Shown here piece after piece: positions 12,442-22,820 of a stretch of DNA of 64,000 nt; position 1 is the first letter of the stretch, and each line of letters begins with the position of its first letter. The translations under genes and the position numbers were made by a program. The stretch comes from Podarcis melisellensis. Lineage: Eukaryota. The stretch lies in NCBI GenBank assembly GCA_964234715.1, contig OZ174276.1. One strand, given 5' to 3'. The notes beneath the pieces are model-generated. The model was not told the origin of the DNA, did not search any database, and saw nothing but the letters and a program-made list of their open reading frames with translations.

Positions 12442-12837
12442 AAGTGGTACCTCGGGTTACATACGCTTCAGGTTACATACGCTTCAGGTTACAGACTCCA
12501 CTAAGCCAGAAATAGTGCTTCAGGTTAAGAACTTTGCTTCAGGATGAGAACAGAAATCTTGCTCCGGCAGCACAGCAGCAGCAGGAGGCCCCATTAGCTA
12601 AAGTGGTGCTTCAGGTTAAGAACAGTTTCAGGTTAAGAACGGCAGTGGCGTAGCGTGGGGGGTGCAGGGGGTGCTGGCCGCACCGGGCGCAACATCTGGG
12701 GGTTAGGGTTAGGGGCGCAAATCCACGGGTTAGGGGGTGCAAATTACTTGCCTTGCCCCGGGTGTTGGCAACCCACGCTACGCCACTGAAGAACGGACCT
12801 CCAGAATGAATTAAGTACTTAACCTGAGGTACCACTG
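12442..12837. mobile_element. Tc1/mariner-type MITE (TA TSD), interrupted by the hAT MITE
   Basis: TIR (C)AGTGGTACCTCGGGTTA / TAACCTGAGGTACCACTG flanked by TA. Internal CTTCAGGTTA repeats. Confidence 0.9.
12643..12788. mobile_element. hAT-type MITE with internal TTAGGG repeats (copy 1), nested in a Tc1/mariner MITE
   Basis: 17-bp TIR CAGTGGCGTAGCGTGGG / CCCACGCTACGCCACTG. 8-bp TSD AAGAACGG at 12635-12642 and 12789-12796. Confidence 0.92.
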
Positions 12838-14022
12838 TATATGACTGAAATCAACATCAAGTTGGTTAAATTCTTTGAATTTTATTTAAACCTTAGTCAG
12901 GATTTGGCCCAAGCCAACTTCTAGGGGCTGAGGTACATCCCCCCCCCCCGATAAAGTATTTGAGGGCCTGCCCTCCCCCCCTTTGATGGGCTTTGCCCTT
13001 CAAATGGTGTGTGCATGCTGAATCATGTGATCGATTATGCAGGGTGGGGCTTACCTGGGTCCCCCCAATATTTTATTCAAGTTTGTACCATTGGCCCAAG
13101 TTACTGCGTAGTAAGGAAATGGGATTTTAAAAAAAAGTATTCCAGAAGAAATCTCTCGCCCCTATATTTTTAGAATCCAAAACGTTCTTCACTTGTCTTT
13201 ATTGGCGAGTCAGTGTTTGTATCTGGCCAGGAGCTGCGACAATGGCCTGGTTGAGCCCTTCTACACGATTGCTGCTTGTGTTGCGGGTTTCTGCATGAAA
13301 TGCGTCCAATAGCAAAATAAATGAATGTTTGTAATTATAAAAGTTGGTCTGGAGGGCTAATTATAGGCTGCATGCGTTCTTAGTGTATTTCCAAGGGACT
13401 TAACATAAATTGCATTCACACAAAAAGGTAGCCGAATCTGACACAGAGCCACGTGATGCGTTGATGGAGTTGTTGTTCTTCCATTAGCCTGTAAGAGTGC
13501 TGCTCTTAAGGGATGCCTTTGGTCTTAGTAAGACTATGGCCATTTAGGTCACTTAGACACACATAAGCTCATTTATATGACTGTATTTGGGACACGTAAA
13601 GCCTGGATACTAGAATTGTGCTTTGGAATTGCATCCCCATCTGCACTTCTGAAAATAAACCATAAGAAAATAACACAGATAAACTTACATCTGAGTCATT
13701 CGCAGACCCTCCCAAGTGTCCCTATTTTCCAGGGACAGTCCCAGATTTACAGAAGCCATCCCAATTTCTGATTTGATCCCGGAATGTCCTGCTTTTCCTA
13801 AGCATGTCCCTATTTTCATTGGAGAAATGTTGGAGGGTATGCGACCCCAAAGCCAAGGAGATAAGTAACTATACAACCTTTAGACATCTATATAGCCCTG
13901 TATAGGGACGTTTCTTAATATTTAATGTTTTATTATGTTTTTATATATGTTGGAAGCCACCCAGCGTGGCTGGGGCTACCCAGTCAGATGGGAGGGGTAT
14001 TCATAATAAAATTACTGTTTTA

Positions 14023-14024
<2 letters not shown>

Positions 14025-14071
<47 letters not shown>

Positions 14072-14072
14072 T
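14025..14072. repeat. (ATT)n microsatellite (LINE tail); (AAT)n at 62042-62086, (GAAA)n at about 27733-27786, (CCTT)n at about 43055-43122
   Basis: Seen directly. Confidence 0.97.
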
Positions 14073-14454
14073 AGGATGTCCCTATTTTCATTGGAGAAAT
14101 GTCGGAGGGTATGCATTCACAGATCTTGTGCACATTTACCTCTGAATAAATAGCTGGGACACAGGGTGGTGGTTGTTGTTTAGATCTGGTGACACATTTC
14201 ACAAGGATGCTCAAAACCCCCACATACATATGTCCTCGAAGAGCTTCCAAGACAATGGCCAAACATCCTCCAACAACAGGGGAATAGCCTGCTTAATACT
14301 GTCTCCTAGGCATCCTGCCTTGCCTTCCCTGCCCAGCCAATGGGGATCCGAGGGATGGAACCAGCCATGATGCCTGGGTAATGCTTCCTCTTGCCCTGTA
14401 AGCTGCTAGCAATAGACCACAGCTGTAAATCTCACTGTATATGATGCCCATATA

Positions 14455-14652
14455 CAGTGGTGCCTCGGGTTAAGAACTTAATTCGTTCTGGAGGTCTGTT
14501 CTTAACCTGAAGCACTAATTTAGCTAATGGGGCCTCCTGCTGCCACTGCACGATTTCTGTTCTCATCCTGAAGCAAAGTTCTTAACCCGAGGTACTATTT
14601 CTGGGTTAGCGGAGTCTGTAACCTGAAGCGTATGTAACCCGAGGTACCACTG
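14455..14652. mobile_element. Tc1/mariner-type MITE, same family
   Basis: TA-CAGTGGTGCCTCGGGTTA ... TAACCCGAGGTACCACTG-TA. Confidence 0.9.
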
Positions 14653-14856
14653 TAGTGGCAATGAAACAGAAAGGTGAATCAGTGCTCCATGTTCAAAGAG
14701 CCATGAGACACATTCACATTGTACATTCAAGGCTCATGGCTTCCCGCAAAGAATCCTGGGAGTCTACTCCCTCACAGACCTACAGCACCCTTTACAAACC
14801 AAAGCTTCCAGGATTCCTGGGAGAAACCACGTGCATTTAAATGTATGATGTGGATG

Positions 14857-15086
14857 TGTACCTCGGGTTACAGATGCTTCAGGTTACAGACGCTTTAGGT
14901 TACAGACTCCGCTAACCCAGAAATAGTACCTCGGGTTAAGAACTTTGCTTCAGGATGAGAACAGAAATCACGCAACAGTGGCAGCGGGAGGCCCCATTAG
15001 CTAAAGTGGTGCTTCAGGTTAAAAACAGTTTCAGGTTAAGAATGGACCTCCAGAACAAATTACGTTCTTAACCCGGGGTACCACTG
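14857..15086. mobile_element. Tc1/mariner-type MITE, same family, opposite orientation, left TIR clipped
   Basis: Internal sequence is the reverse complement of 14455-14652. The right end GGTACCACTG-TA is intact. Confidence 0.88.
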
Positions 15087-15589
15087 TACCTTGCATTTGA
15101 TGAAAATTATCCTAAGTAATTAGCAAAGATGCACAAAAGGCCCACTTCATCTAGCCGCACTTCCTTCCAAAAAATGTGTGCGTTTTCATTTAATTGCCCT
15201 GTGGCAATAATCCAGGCACATTTACTTGGGAGTAATTCCATTAGGCTGTAGTGGGACTGAGGATCAGGCTGCAAACCACCTAGATTTTTTATGGTACCTT
15301 CCCTTAGAGAGAGAAAAAAAGGTCCTGTGGTTCCCCATGTTTTTGTACAGCTCCTAGCACAATGGGCTGGGTCTCTGGGCTGTATGATAAAAACTAATTA
15401 TAGTAATGTGATTAAAGACCATCTTTCTACTATTGAGGGGGGTGGGAAGAGAATACCCCGGTGGCCAAGTTTTATTCATGCGTATTAGTCTTGCTTGTTT
15501 TGTAAATGTAATTAAAAAATTAAATCCCTTAAAAATAAGCACGTAGAATAGATGAAGACAAGAAAAGTGTGTGTATACGGTATGTATGT

Positions 15590-18470
15590 GTGCGTGTGTG
15601 CCCGCGCGCCTGTTCGCACCCCTGCGCGCGCATAAAGGAGTAAATTAAACGAAGAGGAAAAACAGACTGGAACCGCTGAGTTCAGATGCATTATGGCACT
15701 GGAACTTCCATAAAGTTCAGAGGTTTTGGATTTCCGTGTTCTGAGGCTGCCCGTAAAATAAAATTTAAAAAAACGAAAAAGCTCTAAAAGACAACAGACC
15801 CAGACTTCATAAGGGGACTGAGTTTAGTGGGGGAAGGGAGATGGATTGGCCCGAAACCTGCACGCCAGATCCAATCTCTAATTAGAACCTTTTGTCTAAA
15901 GTCTTTTCTAAAGCATTCCGTGTCTGTTTAATATTTAACATATGGGGGGTGGGGGAACAGAGTTTTGTTGGTGTGCCAGTTATATTACAATCAGATATTG
16001 TTTAGTTAAGATGCAGAATAAAAAAGAAAGGAAAAGGAAAAGGCCAATTTTCTTCTAACATGAAACTTTAAAGAAGAAGAAAAGGCAGTGGGGGGGGGGA
16101 GCGCGCGGGAGTGGGGTGGGGTGGGGGACTCTACCGCAAAATGATATCACAGTCTTGCACTACTAAAGTTGATCATTCCATCCTCCCTCCTCTCCCCGCC
16201 CCCCCCCCCAGCGCGCCGCCCGCCACCTCTGCAAAAGAGCAATACAGCAGTTGCTCTGCATTGTATGGGAAAATAAAAGGAAGAGAGTTCAAACAGCAAT
16301 TGATATTTATCTCATGGGGTGAAGGAGGGGCGGTGTGTTGGAGGTGTGGGGGGGGGGAGAAAAGGATAGTTTGCAAAGAAAGGGCTAAGTTGATTGAGCA
16401 ACGAACGGGTTAAAGGCAAGGGAGTGTAGCTGGCAGAACCGGGAGGAGGGAATGTTGCCTGTCCCTTTAAGGTTCCTGCAGCACTGAGAGAATTGCAGGG
16501 ATAATACGATTGGGGCGGCAGGATCACTTACTTCTGACGTTCCAAAGCCTGGGGGAGTTGGCTAGAGATTGTTTCCCTTTGATAAGGTCCTGGCAACTTG
16601 GTAGCAACTCAAGAAGCAATAATAATAATAATAAAAATCTAAGCGCTTCGGAGTAAAATAAAAAAAGAAAGAAAGAAAAACCATCCAAAGTGTGGGGGAA
16701 TAATTAGTCCCTGTAGCTGCCGAGCAATGCCAGTACGTAATGCCGGTTGATCTTGCGATAGTAGGAACTGTATACCTTTACAGATGCACACACACAGAGA
16801 TAGAGACACGCACACACACATATATTTTATTTTATTTTAAGGCGGAAGGTGTTGCCGGGAAAAAAGGACGCTTATCTCCCTTACAGGACCGTTCTCTCGG
16901 TTGTTCACTTTGATGTGCACAGTTAAACCCACAGCTCAGTGTTTGTTGGAATAGCCCGGAGGACATTTGGTGCATGGAATGACTGCTTGAAACAGGACCT
17001 GAGTTGAAAGAAGGGGGGCGGGTGGGGGGTCAGGAGAAGTGGGGGAGGGATCAGGTCTTTTGATATATATATATATATTTATTTTTTTCCCCTCTCCCTT
17101 TTCCTTTCGGCTTAAAGAAGAAGCGGGGCGTGAAGGAAGGGAGAGGATCACGCTGAAACTCCTCTCTCCCTCTCTCCGCTGATACGTTTCGCGTGCAATG
17201 TCCTGCTCTCTCTCTCTCCCCCCCCCCTTTTAAACTCTCAGATGCTATTATGAAGCATGAGAGGAGGCGGGTGATGAAAATATAGGGGGAATCGGCGCAA
17301 CGCTGCGGATTACTTTTCTTCATTCTGTAAAGGGAGAGAGAGAAGGGGGGGTGGGAAGGCTAAAGGAGGTGGGTTTTTTTTTTAAAGGAAGTACCGAGCG
17401 CCCGTTTACGGAGGGGGCGGGAAAAGAAAAAGAGAAGGAGAAGAGAGAAGGGAAAAAGGACCCACTGAAAACTACTGGATCAATGGTAAGTTGCACAAGA
17501 ATGTACGCGATTCCCCAGCTGCCTGCTTGCCTGTTTCTCTATCTCCCCCCCCCCCCCGTGCGCCCGCTTTCTCCCGATCGCTTTGATGTCCTCTTGGCTT
17601 GAGCTTTGAAGTTGTTAAGGAAAGCTATTTATGCGTTAGTTATGAGCAGGCAGGGCTCGGTTGAGGCGATAGGCGAGGGTTTTGTACGCGAACAATAATA
17701 AACAGCAGAGGTGTGTGTGTGTGTGTTGCGTTTGTGTGTGTTCGAGAGACGGGAGAGATCTGGGGAAGGAGTGGGGTCTTGCACAGGACAAGCTCTCCCC
17801 CCCCCCCACCTCCAACCAACGCACCCCAATTGCAGATATCCCGGTAAGGTGTGTGCGTGGGTGTGGGGGGAAAGAAGGGTCCATTTTCAGATTTGGACTT
17901 TTCCGATTGGGAAGGGAGGTCGAGATCAAGGATGTGCATTTCTTTATGTGCCGGGGAGGCAGGGATGCAGCGAGGATGCGAGGACTCCCTGCCTCTTCTC
18001 TCTCCCCCCCCAACTCTTCCTTTACACCCCTCCCACTTCTCTCGGCACCCCCTGCGAACTCCAAAGAGGCGCTGCAGGCTTACTTAGGGGTCAGTTGTTG
18101 CACAGGGCTCGGAGAAAGCAACTGGCTTAAGACTTCTCTGTGGCTTTCTCGCTCTCTTCCCCCCCTGCTCTCCCCACCTTCACCCTCCCAATTCCTCTTC
18201 TCGGTTCCTGAGATCTCTCGGCCTTTCCACCCCCTCTCCCCTCCAGTCAGTCGCCATTTCTGGAGGGTTACTTACCACCCCTCTCTTTTATTTTTACCCC
18301 CCTCTTAAGGGTTGCATTTTAGCAGCTCGCTGGACTACAATGTCTTCTTTTAAATCCTCCCCCCACCAGTCGCCCTCTTACTCGCTCACTCTCTTTGATG
18401 GGGGGAGCTGGAGAATATAACAGCCGGGCTTGGAATTTCTGCACGCGTTCAGGTACATTACAGGAGAGAG
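15590..18470 (+). promoter_or_regulatory. AXIN2: AXIN2 CpG-rich promoter, first exons and proximal intron 1
   Basis: Elevated CpG, G/C tracts and no recognisable TEs. The segment GATTGGGGCGGCAGGATCACT...CTTTGATAAGGTCCTGGCAACT (16509-16598) resembles the start of the human AXIN2 mRNA as I recall it. Confidence 0.8.
17300..17485 (+). other. AXIN2: Candidate non-coding first exon (start approximate) ending at the strong donor ATG|gtaagt
   Basis: Consensus donor at 17485/17486 inside the promoter CpG island. Other candidate donors at 16732/16733 (CA|gtacgt) and 17843/17844 (CCG|gtaagg). Confidence 0.55.
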
Positions 18471-18645
18471 GGGGAAAATACTTTCTTGGCAGTAGTTTGT
18501 ATTTGTTTGTTGTAAAGGCAAGCAGGCGTTTAAAATCTCCACTCCTGTCGTGAGGTGGTGGTGTGGAGAAATGTCATCTTATGAGTAGTTCTGAACTCTT
18601 CACATAACTTCATAAACCAACTTTTTAAAATTGGATGTTGGTTTG

Positions 18646-18649
<4 letters not shown>

Positions 18650-18684
<35 letters not shown>
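18650..18684. repeat. (TG)n microsatellite; others at about 19301-19332, 39342-39368, 50603-50636 and 60170-60214
   Basis: Seen directly. Confidence 0.97.
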
Positions 18685-18687
<3 letters not shown>

Positions 18688-19298
18688 AAATAAACTGGTT
18701 GAAGTCTTTGCAATCCCATTTTCTCCCGAGTGAACTAAGGAAGGATGTTTGGAAGAAGCCACAAAACTTCTCAAGATCTTATTAATCCATCTTTAATGGT
18801 GGAAACTGGCTAAGTTTGAGAAGAAAAAGTGCATGACAACCCGAGCAAGGGAGGTGGTGGTGGGGAGGGAGAATTGGAATCCTTTGCTTCCAAGTGGTTG
18901 GAAGTTTTTAAACATGTGGATGTCTTTAACATGTGAATGGTATAACTTAAGCAAGTCCATGAGATGCCTTTGAAGGCTGTAGGCAACTGATCAGAAATGA
19001 GTCAGACAGACCTAGTTTTTAAACTAAAACACTACTGTGGTCAAGATTCTCTCTCTCTCTCCCCCCCCCCCCATTTTCTTTTAAACACTTTCTCAATATG
19101 CCATTTGTTTTTTTCAGAGGAGCATCCAGCATTGTGCTTAGAAGGGTTTCTGGTGATCATAATCTAAATGTTTAAGGAGTTGAAGGGTTTTGGAGGAGGG
19201 GGGCAGAGAAATGGAAACCAGATGCTGAGGAAAGCATGTTTTGTTCTTTGCTTTGAGTTATCTACTGAAGAAAGAGAGGGAGGCAAAATTTTGAAGGA

Positions 19299-19334
<36 letters not shown>

Positions 19335-19874
19335 TGCACACAAAATAGGTTTAACAACACAAGGGATCCAGTATTGTTCCTGGGACTTCTCAGATGTTAT
19401 CATTAGTAGGAGGGAAAGGTTCACAGGGGGGTTTCTTTTCTTTTCTTTTGCGTGTTTTGATTTTATAGGCAATGCAATAATTAAGACTTCATTTTTGTTT
19501 TTGCCTCCGCCCCCACTCCTTTTGCTCCCTCCACACCAAAGTTAAAAGTGTGCCCAGAGTTCAATCTTCCTCTTTGAAAAGCGTATCTGATACTTTTGAT
19601 TAGCACTGCAGATAGCTGCGGTTGCCTCTTTATTTTAATGTGAGGAGTTGAAAAGCCTGTTTACTTTTTGTCTTTGATGTTGGGTGGATCTGGTTTTGAT
19701 TAGATCAATACTTCCCCCCTCTTTCTTTTCCTTTTTTTTTCCTTCAAGAGAGAAGACTCTGAAGAATCCCCTGCTGACTTGAGGAAGAAAAGAGAGAGGG
19801 AGAGAGACAACACACATACAGATTACTGAGGAACTTAAAAAGAAAAAGTCCTGCCAGAAGGGACTCCCGGAACC

Positions 19875-20698
19875 ATGAGCAGCGCAGCATTGCTGACTCA
19901 CCTCCCAGACCCCAGCAGCAGCTTCAGAGAAGATGCCCCACGCCCCCCTGTACCAGGGGAAGAAGGAGAGACACCATGCCACCTGGCTGCCACTTTGTTT
20001 GCCATGAAAAACCAAAGCTTCAAGGCCATGTCAGTTTCTTCCACGCCAAGGAGAAATGAAGATGGCCTTGGGGAGCCAGAAGGCAGCGCATTCCCAGACT
20101 CTCCTCTAGCACGATGGACCAAATCCTTGCATTCCTTACTGGGGGATCAAGATGGTGCCTATCTCTTTCGGACCTTCCTGGAAAGAGAAAAATGTGTGGA
20201 TACTTTGGACTTCTGGTTTGCCTGCAATGGCTTCAGGCAGATGGACCTTAAGGATACCAAAACTTTACGAGTAGCCAAAGCTATATACAAACGGTACATT
20301 GAGAACAACAGCATTGTCTCCAAACAGCTCAAGCCTGCCACTAAGACCTACATAAGGGATAATATCAAGAAGCAGCAGATCGATTCTATAATGTTTGATC
20401 AGGCACAGACTGAGATTCAGACAGTGATGGAGGAAAATGCTTACCAGATGTTTTTAACTTCTGATATATACCTCGAATATGTAAGGAGTGGGGGAGAAAA
20501 TCCTGCTTACATTAACAGCAATGGACTGGGGAGCTTAAAAGTTGACTGTGGCTATCTCCCTACCTTGAATGAAGAAGAGGAGTGGAGCTGTGCAGACTTT
20601 AAGAACAAACTTTTGCCATCCGTGCTAGGGCTATCCAGTAAGGCATTGAGGGCTACAGCAAGTGTCCGGGCTACAGAAACTGTGGAGAATGGGTTCAG
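19875..20698 (+). CDS. AXIN2: AXIN2 first coding exon (exon 2; whole exon about 19749-20698): tankyrase-binding motifs and RGS (APC-binding) domain
   Basis: Translates MSSAALLTHLPDPSSSFREDAPRPPVPGEEGE...RWTKSLHSLLGDQDGAYLFRTFLEREKCVDTLDFWFACNGF..., the recognisable Axin2 N-terminus. Kozak context accATG, acceptor polyY-ttcaag at 19748, donor CAG|gtaaga at 20698/20699, phase 2. Confidence 0.98.
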
Positions 20699-22679
20699 GT
20701 AAGATAACTTGCTTTGAATGACTTTTTGAGAGTCTGTTGCTCCTTTAAACAAATCTTGCAAAGTGGGTATATGTGCACATGCTTGTCCTTTGGAGTAGAT
20801 TTTGGCAAAGATACTTTTTTTTTTTAATGAACCTTAACAACTTGGCATTTATTTCTGGCTTGGTGGGGAGGGCTGTCTTTCTCCATAATAAAGAAAGCAG
20901 TACATTGTGGTTCTTAAGACCCACCAGTTCCTAAAGCTCTCTTAGACATCAAAAAAGAACTTCAAAGCGACTCTTGTTCTTTGAGACATGCGTTAATTGT
21001 TACCACTTTAAACCACATTAAGAGGAGCTGGGAAGAGCACCATCTAGGCATGTGAATGAGTAATGAAATACTAGTTTGCCAGCTTCATCCCCAGCTAGTG
21101 TCGAAATATGTGGATTACATATAGAAAATGGGAAGCAATTATGTGATGATGGAATGAGAAAATCCATATTATTACTGCGGCAGCCCGTGTGACTGAACTT
21201 TGTAACTTACAAGGAGACATGAAACACATGTATTCTTGGAGAATACCTTGTGTGGCTTGCTATCGGTGTCTTTAAGCCAAAGGAAATCTGTTTGGCCAAT
21301 GAGATGGCTTCAGGTATGGGACATTAGTGTTAGGGGCAGAATTCCAACCGCTGAGTAAAAGAGGTGTGTGCTCCAGGTATATAGGAACTGAGTTGGACCT
21401 TTGGTTTCTCAGGCTCAGAACTGTCTACAGTGACTGACAATGGCTCTTCAGAGTTTCAGCCAGGAACTTTTCCTAGCCTGACCTGGAGATGAACCTAGGC
21501 CTTTTAGCATGCACTCTACCATTGACTGACAGCCCTTCCTAGTTAATGGAATTCAAGCTGCATTAAAAGGTGGTCCTATTCCCAATTCAGTACCCCAGGA
21601 GAGTGATATGAGACCCTTCTTTGGTGGCATAGGCTGATGAAAGTGGGCAAGACCAGTTTCTCACAAAATGGCAACACCAGCGTATTCTTTCTCTATCTTA
21701 ATCGTGACAGAGTGGTATAATCTTCTGACACCTTATTCTCTTTCTCCCCTCCCTTTCCCCTTCATAAATGGGAATTGGTTGAACAAGGATCTATAGAGCA
21801 GAAGGACCTGCTCTCTCCCTCTCCCCTCTGTTCTGTGTATTCTCTCTCTTGCTTTGGGAGTTTCTTTCTCAGTCTGGTAAGTATTTGACATCTGGTTTAC
21901 AGGAATTTTTGTGAGTGTTTCTGTGATTCATGGGACATCAAAGGGCTTCAGGCATCTCTTCTGTTTTCAGCTTGTTTCAACTATGGCCTGCCTCTAAGAG
22001 GAGGGTTCTTGAATTGCATCTGTTGTGTTTCTAGCTTGCAGCAGTGTTTATGGTCTTTTCCAGCGATAGGGTTGGAAAGGCAGCTGGTTCTAATTTGGCT
22101 TTCACTCACACCAGGGCAAATCTGCGGGGGCTCCAGATAGGCGAGGGGCTTCTTCTAGTTCTTGGCTGTACAAATGGCATCAGTGTGTGTTACCCATTTG
22201 TTTTAATCTCTGTGGAGGTATATGCTTGCTCAAGCCTCTGTTTGCCCCAGTATCTTTCTGTGGTAAAGGCAAGTTTTCAAGTTTGAAGCCCTAGCAAGCC
22301 AATTTTCTTTCACAACCTCTGAACTGTACCAGTTGCATGAGCCTGACAACCATATTTGCTGTTGCCCAGATCAAACAGTGCTTATATGTGTGTATGCATG
22401 TGTATATGTGGTGGTGGGGGGTTGTGTGTGTGTGTACACACACACACACACACACCCCTGCACACACCTAACACTCTCCCCAAGTTGAGATGACATTGTA
22501 GAAGGCATTGGCATGTCTAAACTCTGTTGACACTGAGGTGGCAGAAGGCATGGAGCTATTAATGTCAGTGCCACTCTGAAAAACACCAAGCAGGTAACTT
22601 TCTGTTCAGGTGAGGAAACTTCATTTGAACCTTCAGCCCACCCAATTCATGCATGCTTTTGATTAGGCATATATTGATG

Positions 22680-22820
22680 GAGCTGGATAGCTCAGCTGGT
22701 TGAAGCATGGTGCTGATCATGCCAAGGTTGCAAGTTCGATCCCTGTATGGGGCAACTGCATTGTAGGGGGTTGGACTAGAGGATCCTTAGGGTCCCTTCC
22801 AACTCTACAATTCTATGATT
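22680..22820 (+). mobile_element. tRNA-Ile-derived SINE with CR1-type tail
   Basis: TAGCTCAGCTGGTT..GCATGGTGCTGATCATGCCAAGGTTGCAAGTTCGATCCC (A and B boxes) followed by GGACTAGA..GGTCCCTTCCAACTCTACAATTCTATGATT. Confidence 0.85.

Larger units (their letters stand above)
16577..19678 (+). promoter_or_regulatory. Cluster of TCF/LEF (Wnt response) sites CTTTGAW at 16577, 16908, 17581, 17604, 18393, 18968, 19572 and 19672
   Basis: Eight same-strand CTTTGA(T/A) motifs in 3.1 kb. AXIN2 is an established TCF/beta-catenin feedback target through promoter and intron-1 sites. Confidence 0.8.

Noticed and set aside
12450-12640. Regularly spaced CTTCAGGTTA repeats resembling a CRISPR-like array
   Set aside because: These are internal subterminal repeats of a Tc1/mariner MITE, with the same spacers in the other copies, in a eukaryotic context.
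13805-14112. Direct repeat of about 37 bp (ATGTCCCTATTTTCATTGGAGAAATGT..GGAGGGTATGC) around an L2 tail
   Set aside because: Most simply a duplicated end of a common DNA-transposon-like repeat associated with the L2 insertion, not an LTR pair.
17682-18308. 208-aa ORF in intron 1
   Set aside because: Low complexity (TG repeat, C tracts), non-ATG start and no homology recognised.
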